A DNA stretch of 64,000 nt from Chromatiales bacterium (GTDB taxonomy: Bacteria > Pseudomonadota > Gammaproteobacteria > JAGRCI01): assembly GCA_020445565.1 (NCBI GenBank), contig JAGRGI010000031.1, positions 19,419-83,418 on the forward strand. The letters are read 5' to 3'. Made by a program: the position numbers and the translations under genes. Each line of letters opens with the position of its first letter. Within the stretch, counting starts at the first letter, position 1. This document shows positions 44,651 to 55,616 of the stretch, piece after piece. The notes beneath the pieces are model-generated. The model saw only the letters and a list, made by a program, of their open reading frames with translations. It made no database searches and was not told the DNA's origin.

Positions 44651-45667
44651 TCAGACCGTGCCAATCAAGGCATCGGCGATGCCGTCCAAGGGCAGGACCC
44701 GGTCACTCAAGCCCGCCTTGGCCACCGCCATGGGCATCCCATAGACCACGCAACTGGCCTCGTCCTGGCTCCAGACCGTCGAACCGCTCTTCTTCAGGGC
44801 CACCGCCCCCTCCTTGCCGTCGCTGCCCATGCCGGTGAGCACCAGGGCCAGGACTTTTCCCGGTAACACATGGGCCGCTGCACTGAAGCTGAGGTCCACA
44901 CAAGGCCGATAGCGGTCCTGGCTTGTGGCGTCCTGTAGTCGCACGCTCAGACCATTGCCGTTTTCCCGCGGAAGACATTGACGCCCGCCGGGCGCGATGA
45001 GAATGGTTCCCGGCGTCAGCGCCGCGCCATCCGTGGCCTCTCTGACCGACAACGTGCACAAGCCGTCCAGGCGCTCGGCGAAGGGGCCGGTGAAATCCGC
45101 GGGCATGTGCTGAATCACCAGCACGGGCAGAGGAAAACCGGCCGGCAGCCTGGTGAGGATCTTTTGCAGGGCGATGGGACCGCCGGTGGAGGAACCGATG
45201 ATGAGTAGCCGAAAGTGGCCGCGCCGGCGGCGATAGACCGGCGCAGCTTTGGGTTCGCTGACCGGCGTTGGCACCCGCTTGCCGGCCAGGGCACGAATCT
45301 GTTCGCGCAGACGCATACCGCCACCATCGTCTGCCAGATCGCCGTAATTCTTGGTGACGAAATCCACCGCACCGGCATCCAGTGCCTCCAGAGTGGCCTT
45401 GGCACCCTCGCGGGTCAGGGCGGAGACCATGAGGATGGGCATGGGTGTATTGTTCATGATCTTGCGCACGGCGGTGATGCCGTCCATGACCGGCATACTC
45501 ACGTCCATGGTGACCACATCTGGCCGCAAGCGGCCGGCCAGCTCCACGGCTCGGGCGCCGTCATCGGCCTCGCCGGCGACACGAATGTCACCGTCTTTCT
45601 CCAGCACCTCTCGCAAACGGCGACGAAAGAAACCGGAATCGTCGACGATCAGGGCGCGAATCGTCAT
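44651..45667 (-). CDS. cheB: Chemotaxis methylesterase CheB
   Basis: The start is MTIRALIVDDS (ATG 45667). It has a REC domain plus an esterase domain (IGSSTGGP, HMP, GMGSDG). Confidence 0.9.
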   Translation of the reverse strand: MTIRALIVDDSGFFRRRLREVLEKDGDIRVAGEADDGARAVELAGRLRPDVVTMDVSMPVMDGITAVRKIMNNTPMPILMVSALTREGAKATLEALDAGAVDFVTKNYGDLADDGGGMRLREQIRALAGKRVPTPVSEPKAAPVYRRRRGHFRLLIIGSSTGGPIALQKILTRLPAGFPLPVLVIQHMPADFTGPFAERLDGLCTLSVREATDGAALTPGTILIAPGGRQCLPRENGNGLSVRLQDATSQDRYRPCVDLSFSAAAHVLPGKVLALVLTGMGSDGKEGAVALKKSGSTVWSQDEASCVVYGMPMAVAKAGLSDRVLPLDGIADALIGTV

Positions 45668-45744
45668 TTTTTTCAGTGCTCCGGTAGGGGGGGTCGGCAG
45701 GTGTGCGCTGGCGTTCACGCGGTACTTTCCCTGGGCAACCGGCC

Positions 45745-47811
45745 TCAACGGGCGTATTTCTTCATCATGCCGGGAATGTCGAGGATCAGGGCGATCTTGC
45801 CATCGCCGGTGATGGTGGCCCCGGCAAGCCCGGCAATGCCTTGCAACAGGGCGCCCAGCGGTTTGATCACCACCTCTTCCTGGCCGATCAGATGGTCTAC
45901 CACGAATCCGACATGAGTGCGTCCGGCCTGCACCACTACCACGTGGCCGGCGTTCTTGTCCGCTCCGAACATCCCCTCGCGAGTGAGCCATTCGCGCAGA
46001 TAGAACAAGGGAAGCGCCTTCTCCCGTACCAGAATCACCTTCTGGCCATCCACCACGTTGGTGTGGCGCAGATCCAGATTGAAGATCTCCACCACGGAGG
46101 CCAGGGGCAGGGCAAATACCTGAGAGGAGAGTTTCACCATCAGGGTCGGCATGATGGCAAGAGTCAGGGGCACCTTGATGACGATGCGCGAGCCCTGGCC
46201 GTATTCCGATTCCACCTCCACAGTACCGTTCATCTGCACGATACGGGTCTTGACCACGTCCATGCCGACGCCACGGCCGGACACGTCGGAAATTTCCGTC
46301 TTGGTTGAAAAGCCTGGGGCGAAGATCAGATTGAACGCCTCGTGGTCGTCCAGGCGGGAGGCGGCCTCCTCATCCATCATGCCCTTTTCCACCGCTTTGC
46401 GACGTAGCACATTGGCATCCATACCCTTGCCGTCGTCCTCGATGGACAACATGATGTGATCGCCCTCCTGACGTGCCGCCAGGACCACCTTGCCCTTGCG
46501 AGGCTTACCCGCCGCCTCGCGCACATCGGGACCTTCCACGCCATGATCCACGGCATTGCGCACCAGATGCACCAGGGGATCGGCCAGGGCCTCCACCAGG
46601 TTCTTGTCCAGATCGGTATCCTCGCCCTGCATCTCCAGATCCACTTCCTTATTGAGGCTGCGGGCCAGGTCGCGAACCACCCGGGGAAAACGGCCGAAGA
46701 CCTTCTTGATGGCCTGCATACGCGTCTTCATGGCGGCCAATTGCAGGTCTGAGGTGACCACATCCAGGTTGGCGACCGCCTTGGCCGCCTCCTCGTCCTG
46801 CATGGTGGCCTTGAGGGTGTGCAGACGATTACGGGCCAGTACCAGTTCGCCCACCAGATTCATGATGTCGTCCAAGACCTTGGTATCCACCCGCACCGTG
46901 GTTTCCGCCACCGCCTTCGGTACCGCTGGCGCGGCGGCGGCCGGGGCCTGAGACGGCTGCTTGGCTACCGGAACCGGCGGTTTCGGGGGTTGCGGAGGCG
47001 GTGACTTTGCCACCGGCTTTTCTGGCGGCGGGGGCGGTGGCGCGGCCGCTGGCGGTTCCGTGTTTACGGAGCCGCTGAACTGGCCCTTGCCATGCAATTG
47101 GTCGAGCAGGTCCTCGAACTCGTCGTCGGTGATCTCGTCCGAGGAATTGCCCGGCTCCGGTACGGCACTGGCGTCCGCCCCCTGGAACTTGCCCTTTCCA
47201 TGCAGTTCGTCCAGCAGGTTCTCGAACTCTTCATCGGTAATCAGATCGCCACCGGATGGCGCCTTTGCCAGGGTTTGCGGCGCTTGCTCCTCGACCGCGT
47301 CCAGCAGGGCCTCGAATTCCTGATCGGTGATGTCTCCCTCGGCATCGGGCTCTTGCGCCTCCTGCACCGCTTCGCGCTCTGACGACGGCGGGGCGGCGGC
47401 TTCGGCCACGGGCTCGGCATCCTGGGCTTGGGCCAGTTCTTCCAGTTCGCTCAACAGACTGGGGTCGGCGGGGTCTGGCGCCTGACCGGAGCGCACTTGG
47501 TCGAACATGACGTTGACCACGTCCAGCACTTGCAGAACCGCATCCATCAGACGGGCATCGACCCGGCGCTGCCCCTGACGCAGCACGTTGAAAACGTCCT
47601 CCGCCCGGTGGCAGACATGGACCAGGGGATCGATGGCCAGGAAACCGGCTCCGCCTTTGACGGTATGGAAGGAGCGGAAGACGGCATTGAGCAGATCCTG
47701 ATCGTCTGGCCGTTGCTCCAGATCCACCAATTGCTCGCCCAATTGCTCCAGGATTTCGCCTGCCTCTATGAGGAAGTCCTGCAGAATTTCGTCGTCGACG
47801 TTGATGTTCAT
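45745..47811 (-). CDS. cheA: Chemotaxis histidine kinase CheA
   Basis: 688 aa. Hpt FRSFHTVKGGAGF, repeated acidic (D/E)EFExLLDxLHGKG segments, an HATPase domain and a C-terminal CheW-like domain. Confidence 0.92.
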   Translation of the reverse strand: MNINVDDEILQDFLIEAGEILEQLGEQLVDLEQRPDDQDLLNAVFRSFHTVKGGAGFLAIDPLVHVCHRAEDVFNVLRQGQRRVDARLMDAVLQVLDVVNVMFDQVRSGQAPDPADPSLLSELEELAQAQDAEPVAEAAAPPSSEREAVQEAQEPDAEGDITDQEFEALLDAVEEQAPQTLAKAPSGGDLITDEEFENLLDELHGKGKFQGADASAVPEPGNSSDEITDDEFEDLLDQLHGKGQFSGSVNTEPPAAAPPPPPPEKPVAKSPPPQPPKPPVPVAKQPSQAPAAAAPAVPKAVAETTVRVDTKVLDDIMNLVGELVLARNRLHTLKATMQDEEAAKAVANLDVVTSDLQLAAMKTRMQAIKKVFGRFPRVVRDLARSLNKEVDLEMQGEDTDLDKNLVEALADPLVHLVRNAVDHGVEGPDVREAAGKPRKGKVVLAARQEGDHIMLSIEDDGKGMDANVLRRKAVEKGMMDEEAASRLDDHEAFNLIFAPGFSTKTEISDVSGRGVGMDVVKTRIVQMNGTVEVESEYGQGSRIVIKVPLTLAIMPTLMVKLSSQVFALPLASVVEIFNLDLRHTNVVDGQKVILVREKALPLFYLREWLTREGMFGADKNAGHVVVVQAGRTHVGFVVDHLIGQEEVVIKPLGALLQGIAGLAGATITGDGKIALILDIPGMMKKYAR

Positions 47812-47844
47812 GGGTTACGGTCCGCTCGTGATCCGCCTCGGGGT

Positions 47845-48594
47845 TCAGAAGCCAAGGCTGGAGAGTAGGTCGTCCACCTCGTCCTGATTATTCAAGGTGT
47901 CCGCGTCCGCCAATCCCGGCACCGCCGGGCCTTGAAGCTCGTCTCGAGGTTCGTGCTTTTTCGCCTTTGCTTTCGCTTGTTCGGCCTTGCCGGAGAGGCG
48001 AATCATCTCCACGAGTCCGTGTTCCACGTCCTGCACCAGGTCGATCACCCGACGAATGATCTGGCCGGTGAGGTCCTGATAGCCCTGGGCAACCACCACG
48101 TCGGTGAGCCGACTGCGCAGTTTTCCCGAGTTCGCGTGAATTGTGTGAAGGAATTCGTCGATCGAGCGGGAAAGTTCGCGAAATTCGTCTACGTTCATTT
48201 GGCGCTCGCGAAACCGAAGCCACTCGGTTTTCAGTTCCTCGGCCCTGTCCTCCATCTCCTGGGACAGGGGAATGCCTTCCTCGGCGGCGGCCAGGGTGGT
48301 GTTGGCGGACTGCTCGGTCATGGAAATGACGTAGTTCAGCCGCTCTCTGGCATCGACGAAATCCTTCTCCGCCAATTCGGACACCTTGGAGTCGACACGA
48401 AAGTTGCTCAAGGCATCGTGCAACTCCCGGGTGAGTTTTCCAAGTTCCACGAACAGACGGCTCTCGCGGATTTCGGCCAAGTCCTGCATGAGACTGTGGA
48501 CCCTGTCGTCCTCCCCCGCCTCCAGGGCCTGCACCAATTGTTTGGCCAACTGCAACTGGCCCACATCCTCTGATTTGTTGGTTGCTGGCTGCAT
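47845..48594 (-). CDS. cheZ: CheY-P phosphatase CheZ
   Basis: 249 aa. Reads QDLTGQIIRRVIDLV, with the C-terminal CheY-binding tail DEVDDLLSSLGF. Confidence 0.88.
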   Translation of the reverse strand: MQPATNKSEDVGQLQLAKQLVQALEAGEDDRVHSLMQDLAEIRESRLFVELGKLTRELHDALSNFRVDSKVSELAEKDFVDARERLNYVISMTEQSANTTLAAAEEGIPLSQEMEDRAEELKTEWLRFRERQMNVDEFRELSRSIDEFLHTIHANSGKLRSRLTDVVVAQGYQDLTGQIIRRVIDLVQDVEHGLVEMIRLSGKAEQAKAKAKKHEPRDELQGPAVPGLADADTLNNQDEVDDLLSSLGF

Positions 48595-48613
48595 CGTTTC
48601 GCTCCGGTGGAGA

Positions 48614-48988
48614 TCAGTGGTTGAGGCGTTCGAAGATCTTCTCGATCTTTTCCTTCAGGGTCTGGGCCGTAAACGGCTTGACCACATAACCGTTCACACC
48701 GGCCTGAGCGGCCTCGATGATCTGGTCCTTCTTCGCCTCTGCGGTCACCATAAGAACTGGCAGCTTTGCCAGCTTCGGGTCCGCGCGCACATTTCGGAGC
48801 AGGTCGATGCCCGTCATGCCGGGCATATTCCAGTCGGTGACGAGAAAATCGATGTTGCCCCCCTGCAATATCGGCAGGGCGGTATTGCCGTCGTCGGCCT
48901 CGGTGGTGTTGTTGAAGCCGAGATCGCGCAGCAGATTCTTGATGATGCGCCGCATCGTGGAAAAATCGTCCACGATCAGGATCTTCAT
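48614..48988 (-). CDS. cheY: Chemotaxis response regulator CheY
   Basis: The start is [20 protein letters not shown] (ATG 48988). Reads [12 protein letters not shown]...VTAEAKK...GYVVKPF. Confidence 0.92.
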   Translation of the reverse strand: MKILIVDDFSTMRRIIKNLLRDLGFNNTTEADDGNTALPILQGGNIDFLVTDWNMPGMTGIDLLRNVRADPKLAKLPVLMVTAEAKKDQIIEAAQAGVNGYVVKPFTAQTLKEKIEKIFERLNH

Positions 48989-49120
48989 GTTCTTGTCCAA
49001 TGTTGCCTCCTCTAGCCAGGCCAATCGGGTCACCACGACCGTCCTACCTGTCCCTAGAGCAATGTCAGACCGAAGAATGGCGGGCACAGGAACGAATTGC
49101 CCACGCCCTTGCTGGTGGTG

Positions 49121-49147
49121 TTTTCGGCAAGGACGCGGGAATCTTTA
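49121..49147 (-). promoter_or_regulatory. Sigma28 (FliA)-type promoter upstream of cheY
   Basis: The minus strand reads TAAA-gattcccgcgtcctt-GCCGAAAA, that is TAAA-N15-GCCGAAAA. The consensus is TAAA-N15-GCCGATAA. Confidence 0.6.
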
Positions 49148-49169
49148 CGGTCGGCGGGACGATTCCTTT

Positions 49170-49793
49170 TCAGCCGTGCCTGAAGCGTCCGTTGGTCAGG
49201 AAGGCGGCGGTCTGTTGCGCTACTTCGCGGGAAAAAAGCAAACCCATGTGGTTGACCGGCAAAGTCAGGTGATCGGCCAATCCGTCTACGCGTGTTTCCT
49301 CCACACTCACGGTTCCGTCCGAGGGACTGGGCATGGCAGACCACAGCCGGCCGATGCCCATGGGCCAGTCTCCGGCGATCATCCCCACCTCCCGGTTCGG
49401 CGGCAGGCGGGAAAAACCCTCCACCAGAGGCTCCGCCGCCCGCCCCAGAAACAAACGGCCCGGCAGATGCCCGGCGAATTGACCGGCTACCCAGGAGCCG
49501 TGCAAGGGAGAACCCAGGGTGACGATTCGACCCGGCCGGCTGATGGCGAAGCGATCGAACATCTTTAGAATCACCAGGCCACCCATGCTATGGCCGACAA
49601 AATGCACCACGGCCGCCTCGAGCTTCTCCTGAAAGCCGGCCAGTGCCGCCACCGACTCATCGGTCGGGCGACCCACGGAGCGGTAGTGAAACTGCCGCGG
49701 CGCAAAACCCATGACGGCGAGATGATGACGAACAAAACCCATTTCGGCGCCGGGCATCCAGACACCGTGCACCAATATCACTGCCTCCTTCAT
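49170..49793 (-). CDS. Alpha/beta hydrolase (lipase/esterase-like)
   Basis: 207 aa. Reads VILVHG and GHSMGG. Its ATG overlaps the upstream stop (ATGA). Confidence 0.7.
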   Translation of the reverse strand: MKEAVILVHGVWMPGAEMGFVRHHLAVMGFAPRQFHYRSVGRPTDESVAALAGFQEKLEAAVVHFVGHSMGGLVILKMFDRFAISRPGRIVTLGSPLHGSWVAGQFAGHLPGRLFLGRAAEPLVEGFSRLPPNREVGMIAGDWPMGIGRLWSAMPSPSDGTVSVEETRVDGLADHLTLPVNHMGLLFSREVAQQTAAFLTNGRFRHG

Positions 49794-50170
49794 GAACGCA
49801 GTCGCACCAGATGCCGGTCCAGGAGTGGCAGTAACGTGAGGTGTTTTGCGGTTTTCAGTCCGACGCCCACGCCTGCCACGTCGGCAGCGAAATCCAACAA
49901 ATCGAAGGTCCGATAACCGCTCAGCCCCTGAATCAGCTCCAGTGTCAGCCCCATGGCCACCAGCCCCATGCCCACATTACATTCGTTGCGACTGCCGAAC
50001 GCCTGCACCGACCACCAGGCCAGCAGCCCATAGGCAAGGAAATGGCCCCAGAGGTCGCCGCGCGGAACCAACTCCAGATCCGGCGGCCGGGGAGTGAGGG
50101 AAAGATAGACGGTGGCCGCCACGCCCAGCCAGGCGAGCGATTTCCAAATGCGCGGGTAGTGCAGTTCCAT
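49790..50170 (-). CDS. VanZ-like small membrane protein
   Basis: The start is MELHYPRIW (ATG 50170), with four hydrophobic helices. The family call is tentative. Confidence 0.5.
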   Translation of the reverse strand: MELHYPRIWKSLAWLGVAATVYLSLTPRPPDLELVPRGDLWGHFLAYGLLAWWSVQAFGSRNECNVGMGLVAMGLTLELIQGLSGYRTFDLLDFAADVAGVGVGLKTAKHLTLLPLLDRHLVRLRS

Positions 50171-50392
50171 CCCCCCAGTGTAGACCCGCTTCCGGTGGCG
50201 CAAACCTCGATATTCGTGCGTGGGACTGGCTGCCTTAACTGGCCCCTGAGTCGCGCTTTGGCTATACTCGCCGCGTTCCTTTCGCCATCGCACGTTAGGG
50301 TACTGTGGTTGGGGGTGCCCGTACGCCGGTTACCGGGCCGGTCGCCGCTGAGTCTCGCTTCGACCCATAGCCTATGGGGCACTGATTTTTTG

Positions 50393-50908
50393 ATGCAACA
50401 AAAAAGCGCTTACGACTACAACGAACTGATCGCTTGCGCCAAGGGGGAGATGTTTGGCCCCGGCAACGCCCAGTTACCCATGCCGCCGATGCTGATGTTG
50501 GACCGCATTACACATATATCCAGCGAGGGCGGCGCTTATGGCAAAGGCCAACTGATTGCCGAATTGGACATCAAACCCGACCTTTGGTTCTTCGATTGCC
50601 ATTTTCCGGGCGACCCGGTCATGCCCGGATGCCTGGGTCTGGACGCCATGTGGCAGTTGGTCGGTTTCTTCCTGGGCTGGAGCGGCGGTCCTGGACACGG
50701 TAGGGCCCTGGGAGCGGGCGAGGTCAAATTTACCGGCCAGGTGACACCACAACGCAAGCTGGTCACCTACCGTATCGACATGAAACGCGTCATCATGCGC
50801 AAACTGGTCATGGGTATTGGCGACGGGGTTGTGGAGGTGGACGGCCGCGAAATCTACACCGCCAAGGACCTGCGTGTCGGCCTGTTCACGTCCACCGAGG
50901 GGTTCTAG
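50393..50908 (+). CDS. fabA: 3-hydroxydecanoyl-ACP dehydratase/isomerase FabA
   Basis: 171 aa. Reads [11 protein letters not shown]...[34 protein letters not shown]. Confidence 0.93.
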   Translation: MQQKSAYDYNELIACAKGEMFGPGNAQLPMPPMLMLDRITHISSEGGAYGKGQLIAELDIKPDLWFFDCHFPGDPVMPGCLGLDAMWQLVGFFLGWSGGPGHGRALGAGEVKFTGQVTPQRKLVTYRIDMKRVIMRKLVMGIGDGVVEVDGREIYTAKDLRVGLFTSTEGF

Positions 50909-50918
50909 GTCCATCGCC

Positions 50919-52139
50919 ATGCGCCGTGTCGTCATTACCGGTATCGGTATCGTATCCAGCATCGGAAACAATAGGGCCGAGGTGTCCGAGTCCCTGCGCG
51001 CGGGCCGCTCCGGTATCGTGCATTGTCAGGAATACGCCGACCTCAAGATGCGCTCCCAAGTGCATGGCGAGGTGAAGCTTGCCCCGAAGGATCACATCGA
51101 TCGCAAATTGCTGCGCTTCATGGGCGATGCGGCGGCCTACAACTACCTGGCCATGCGCGAAGCCATCGAAGACTCGGGCTTGAGCGAGGCCGACATTTCC
51201 AACCCGCGCACCGGCCTGATCACCGGCTCTGGGGGCTCGTCCACCGAAAACATCGTCGCCGCCGCCGACATCCTGCGCGATCGTGGCGTGCGTAAGATCG
51301 GACCCTATATGGTGCCCCGCACCATGGGCAGCACCACCTCCGCCTGCCTGTCCACGGCCTTCAAGATCAAGGGCGTCAACTACTCGATCAGTTCCGCCTG
51401 TGCCACCAGCGCCCACTGCATCGGCAACGGCATGGAGCAGATCCAGCTCAATCGTCAGGACATCGTCTTTGCTGGCGGCGGTGAGGAGCTGCACTGGACC
51501 ATGACCTGCCTGTTCGACGCCATGGGCGCCCTGTCCTGCAAGTACAACGAGACGCCGGACAAGGCCTCGCGCACTTTCGACCGGGACCGCGACGGCTTTG
51601 TTATCGCCGGCGGCGGCGGCTGCGTGGTACTGGAGGAACTGGAACACGCCAAGGCCCGCGGCGCAAAAATTTACGCCGAAGTGGTCGGCTATGGCGCCAC
51701 CTCCGATGGCTACGATATGGTGGCCCCTTCCGGTGAGGGAGCGGTGCGCTGTATGCGCCAGGCCCTGGAGACCAGCGGTGGACGCCGCATCGACTACATC
51801 AATGCCCACGGCACCAGCACACCGGTGGGAGACATCAAAGAACTGGAAGCCATCCGCGAGGTATTCGGCGCGGATACACCCCACCTGGCCTCCACCAAGT
51901 CCTTGACGGGCCATGCCCTGGGTGCTGCCGGTGTCAATGAGGCGATTTACTCGCTGATCATGCTTGAAGAGGATTTCGTCGCCGCCTCGGCCAATATCGA
52001 CAATCTCGACCCGCAGGCCGAAGGCATGAACATCGTCCGCCAGCGCATCGACAACGCCGGCCTGAAGACCGTGATGAGCAACAGCTTCGGTTTCGGCGGT
52101 ACCAACTGTTGCCTGGTGATGACTCGCTTCGAGGAATGA
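50919..52139 (+). CDS. fabB: Beta-ketoacyl-ACP synthase I FabB
   Basis: 406 aa. Reads [18 protein letters not shown], active-site [13 protein letters not shown], plus HGTSTP and GHALGAAG. Confidence 0.93.
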   Translation: MRRVVITGIGIVSSIGNNRAEVSESLRAGRSGIVHCQEYADLKMRSQVHGEVKLAPKDHIDRKLLRFMGDAAAYNYLAMREAIEDSGLSEADISNPRTGLITGSGGSSTENIVAAADILRDRGVRKIGPYMVPRTMGSTTSACLSTAFKIKGVNYSISSACATSAHCIGNGMEQIQLNRQDIVFAGGGEELHWTMTCLFDAMGALSCKYNETPDKASRTFDRDRDGFVIAGGGGCVVLEELEHAKARGAKIYAEVVGYGATSDGYDMVAPSGEGAVRCMRQALETSGGRRIDYINAHGTSTPVGDIKELEAIREVFGADTPHLASTKSLTGHALGAAGVNEAIYSLIMLEEDFVAASANIDNLDPQAEGMNIVRQRIDNAGLKTVMSNSFGFGGTNCCLVMTRFEE

Positions 52140-52162
52140 AACGCAAGAGCGGTAGCGGCGCG

Positions 52163-53491
52163 CTATGCGTTTGTTTGGCGAAAAGGCCCGTCGAAAGGCA
52201 ACAACGTCCGCAAGCCATCCGACGGAACCCAGGTCGGCGCCATCTCACTAGCAGTCGTTCCGCAACCACCCAGCCCGCAGATATAGACCAACTCATTGCC
52301 TACGTACAGCAAGGGGATACGGTCTCTGATCCAGGGCACGACGCCAGCCGTTTGCAATTTACGTTTCAGATCGGAGGTACCGCCGGGATGCCGCGACGCG
52401 CATCGCTCGCCCCCCCGGCGGAATCTGACCTCCAGATTCACGGCCGGCAGATCCGTCAAGCGACCGCACCCTTCGCCCAGATCCAGGTTCCGCACGCCCG
52501 CGGTACGAACCACAGCAGAGGCGTCGTGATACGGTAAGGGCCGGTGAGCATGAATTTCGGCGCGATAGCGCCGCACCTCCACGCCGGGCCATTCCACCAG
52601 CGGTATGTGGTCACTCCTGGCCGCCAGCAACTCCGTGCAGATCCGTTCCAGCCGCGTGCTGTCCGGTGGCGGCAGATTCAAGCGATCGAACCAGGAGCGC
52701 AGCAGATTGCAACGCCGGGCGTGATGAAGCGCAGCAAGCGCGACGGTATTCAGACGACGCCCGCCGTCCACACCAACCAGCGCCAAATCCTCATCGGCCC
52801 GTTCCTCCAGCAGACAACGGGCCTCGGCAAAATGTCTGGCGCTGCGCGCCAGCGCCTTTACGACCCCACCCCGATGCCCGGCAAGACGCGGAACGATTTC
52901 TTTGCGCAGGAAATTCCGTTCCAGGGCCTCGTCCTGGTTACTCTCGTCCTCCACCCAGGAAAGCCCCAGGCTGCGGGCGTACTCACGCAATTCCGCCCTA
53001 CCCCAGCCCAGTAAGGGCCGGCACATCCAACCTGGACCGAATACCTGGATCGTGGGCATGGCAGCGGCGCCTCGCACGCCGCTGCCACGCAGCAGTTGTA
53101 GCAGCAGCGTCTCCGCCTGATCGTCGGCGTGGTGGCCCAACAGCAGCGCCTCACGGGGAATCATCGCCTGCTCGAACGCCGCCAGACGGACTTCGCGGGC
53201 CGCCGCCTCCAAGCCCAAAGCCTTGCGGTGCCCGACCTGTACCCGCACCACATCCAACGGCACACCCAGCCGGGCGCAGATCCGCGTGCAATGCATGGCC
53301 CAATCGTCGGCATGGGGGCTCAGGCCGTGATTGATGTGCAAGGCGTGTAGCGGGACGGGAAGTTGGTCGCGCAGCTCTGCCAGAGAATGAAGCAGGACGT
53401 GAGAATCACAGCCCCCACTGTAGGCCACCCGCAGGCGTGATGCGGAAGCGACTGCCCTCAGGGGCTCTAGGAGAAGCGGGGGTTGGTACAC
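52163..53491 (-). CDS. tilS: tRNA(Ile)-lysidine synthetase TilS
   Basis: 442 aa, GTG start. The PP-loop reads VAYSGGCDSHVLL. It is downstream of accA, as is usual. Confidence 0.85.
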   Translation of the reverse strand: MYQPPLLLEPLRAVASASRLRVAYSGGCDSHVLLHSLAELRDQLPVPLHALHINHGLSPHADDWAMHCTRICARLGVPLDVVRVQVGHRKALGLEAAAREVRLAAFEQAMIPREALLLGHHADDQAETLLLQLLRGSGVRGAAAMPTIQVFGPGWMCRPLLGWGRAELREYARSLGLSWVEDESNQDEALERNFLRKEIVPRLAGHRGGVVKALARSARHFAEARCLLEERADEDLALVGVDGGRRLNTVALAALHHARRCNLLRSWFDRLNLPPPDSTRLERICTELLAARSDHIPLVEWPGVEVRRYRAEIHAHRPLPYHDASAVVRTAGVRNLDLGEGCGRLTDLPAVNLEVRFRRGGERCASRHPGGTSDLKRKLQTAGVVPWIRDRIPLLYVGNELVYICGLGGCGTTASEMAPTWVPSDGLRTLLPFDGPFRQTNA

Positions 53492-53504
53492 GAAGCGAGA
53501 GGAA

Positions 53505-54461
53505 CTACTCCGCGTGACGGCCGTAGGACATCAGACGTTCGTAGCGCTGCTTGACCAAGTCGTCCACATTGATCTTGCGTAAACGGTCCAGATTTTCGAC
53601 CAGCGCTTGCTTTAGCCTCTCGGCCATGACGTCGGGATCACGGTGGGCACCGCCCAAAGGCTCGGAAATCACCTGATCGATCAAACCCAGTTCCTTGAGC
53701 CTGCCGGAGGTAATGCCCATGGCCTCGGCCGCCACCGGCGCCTTGTCGGCGTTCTTCCAAAGAATCGAGGCGCACCCCTCCGGCGAAATCACCGAATAGG
53801 TACTGTATTGCAGCAACATCAGGTGATCACCGACGCCGATGGCCAGCGCGCCACCGGAACCGCCCTCGCCGATGACCGTGCAAAGAATCGGTGTGCGCAA
53901 CTCGGCCATTACGAACAGGTTGCGGGCAATGGCCTCGCTCTGCCCCCGTTCCTCGGCCCCTACGCCCGGATAGGCGCCTGGGGTATCGATAAAGGTCAGA
54001 ATCGGCAGGCGGAAGCGTTCGGCGGTTTTCATCAACCTCAGCGCCTTTCGGTAACCCTCCGGCTGAGGCATGCCAAAGTTGCGACGAATCTTCTCCTTGG
54101 TATCCCTGCCCTTTTGCTGGCCGATCACCATCACCGGCTGGCCATCCAGACGCGCGACACCGCCGACGATCGCCGGATCATCCCGAAAGGCACGATCACC
54201 GTGCAGTTCTTCGAAATCGGTGAAAGCCCGTTCCAGGTAGTCCAGGGTATAGGGCCGCAGCGGGTGACGGGAGAGCTGAGAAATCTGCCAAGGGCTGAGG
54301 TTGCTGAACAGCTCCTGGGTCAACGCCTTGCTCTTTTCGCACAAACGGGCAATTTCGTCTTGGATATTGATCTCAGCGCTGTCGCCGACCCGGCGCAATT
54401 CGTCGATCTTCGCCTCCAGTTCGGCGATAGGCTGCTCAAAATCCAGAAAATTCAGGTTCAT
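53505..54461 (-). CDS. accA: Acetyl-CoA carboxylase carboxyltransferase alpha subunit AccA
   Basis: The start is [23 protein letters not shown] (ATG 54461). Reads [23 protein letters not shown]. Confidence 0.93.
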   Translation of the reverse strand: MNLNFLDFEQPIAELEAKIDELRRVGDSAEINIQDEIARLCEKSKALTQELFSNLSPWQISQLSRHPLRPYTLDYLERAFTDFEELHGDRAFRDDPAIVGGVARLDGQPVMVIGQQKGRDTKEKIRRNFGMPQPEGYRKALRLMKTAERFRLPILTFIDTPGAYPGVGAEERGQSEAIARNLFVMAELRTPILCTVIGEGGSGGALAIGVGDHLMLLQYSTYSVISPEGCASILWKNADKAPVAAEAMGITSGRLKELGLIDQVISEPLGGAHRDPDVMAERLKQALVENLDRLRKINVDDLVKQRYERLMSYGRHAE

Positions 54462-54713
54462 AGCGGTTTGCGAACGGGCCGAGCGGAAAAACCGCAAGTG
54501 TAGTCGATTCCGCCCCCGACTGCATCTGGCCAGGTACAGCGGTTCCCGGCAAGTTCCGGCCAGGCCGGTAAATATCCGCCGAACCGGCAACTATCTCCAC
54601 CATGGATGAGTTCGCTCAACACCTCGACGTATAACCACCTTGCCGACGCGCGTCTCGTAACCTATTCCCATATCAGCAAGTACAGCGACTTGCACAACCT
54701 CAGGAGTACACCG

Positions 54714-55616
54714 ATGAGCGACCAGGACAGCGGGGCGACGGCTCGCGGAAGTGTGGCACGACGTTTCAATCTGGCATTGGCCGGGCTATACCTGCTCGCC
54801 ATCCTGATCAGCGCACCGGCCATCTACTGGTTTACACAGCGGCAGGTAGAGGCCCAGGCCCGAACCGAGCTGGAAATGCTCGTCGACATGGTCGCCTCCA
54901 TCAAGGGATACGTCGCCGCGGACCTGCGGCCCTATTTCCTTAAAAATGGCCTGTTTCACACACCCGGATTTTCCGGCATCGTGGCTACCGCCAAGGTGGC
55001 GAAGAATTTTCACGACAAACAGCCGCGCTACACCATTCGTAGCGTATCGGACAACCCGTTGAACCCCGCCAATCTTCCAAAACCTGCGGAACGGGAGCTG
55101 CTTTCGCGCTTTCAAGCCAATCCAGCGCTAACCGGCCTTACCGAGGCGGTCACCCTGGATGACCAGGGCGTGCTGGTTTCGGCCGAACCCATGGTCAGCA
55201 AACCAGGCTGCCTGCGCTGCCACGGCGACCCGGATCAGGTGCCCACGGAGATTACCAGCGAGTACGGGCGGAATTCCGGTTATCTCTACCGCGTCGGCGA
55301 TACCGTGGGCATGAGCGTCATCGGGGTACCCCTGGCTGACGTGAAACAACTGGCTCTGGAACGCAGCCTTTACGGCATCGGATTTCTCACCCTGCTGTTC
55401 GCGCTGATATTTGCCACCATCAACCAGCTGGTACGGCGTTACCTGATTGCCCCGCTGCTGACCATCACCGACTTCGCCAAAAGCATCGCCAAAGGCAAGC
55501 TCGATCAAGCCCTGGTACTTCAACGCGATGACGAGATCGGCGCCCTGGCAAGATCCGTGGAATTACTGCGGCGCAGTTTCGCTCAATTGATGAAGAGAAT
55601 GGGCAAAAGCAGCTAG
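54714..55616 (+). CDS. Membrane sensor-like protein: DUF3365/Tll0287-like c-haem domain + HAMP, no output domain
   Basis: The start is MSDQDSG (AGGAG upstream). It has a TM helix, CLRCHG, a second TM helix, and HAMP (ITDFAKSIAKGKLDQ...DEIGALARSVELL). It stops about 15 aa later. Confidence 0.6.
   Translation: MSDQDSGATARGSVARRFNLALAGLYLLAILISAPAIYWFTQRQVEAQARTELEMLVDMVASIKGYVAADLRPYFLKNGLFHTPGFSGIVATAKVAKNFHDKQPRYTIRSVSDNPLNPANLPKPAERELLSRFQANPALTGLTEAVTLDDQGVLVSAEPMVSKPGCLRCHGDPDQVPTEITSEYGRNSGYLYRVGDTVGMSVIGVPLADVKQLALERSLYGIGFLTLLFALIFATINQLVRRYLIAPLLTITDFAKSIAKGKLDQALVLQRDDEIGALARSVELLRRSFAQLMKRMGKSS

Noticed and set aside
49841-50908. 355-aa ORF-track entry upstream of and including fabA, and 50817..52139 for fabB.
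   Set aside because: The N-terminal extensions run antisense through the VanZ-like gene, or overlap fabA. The conserved FabA and FabB sequences begin at ATG 50393 and ATG 50919.
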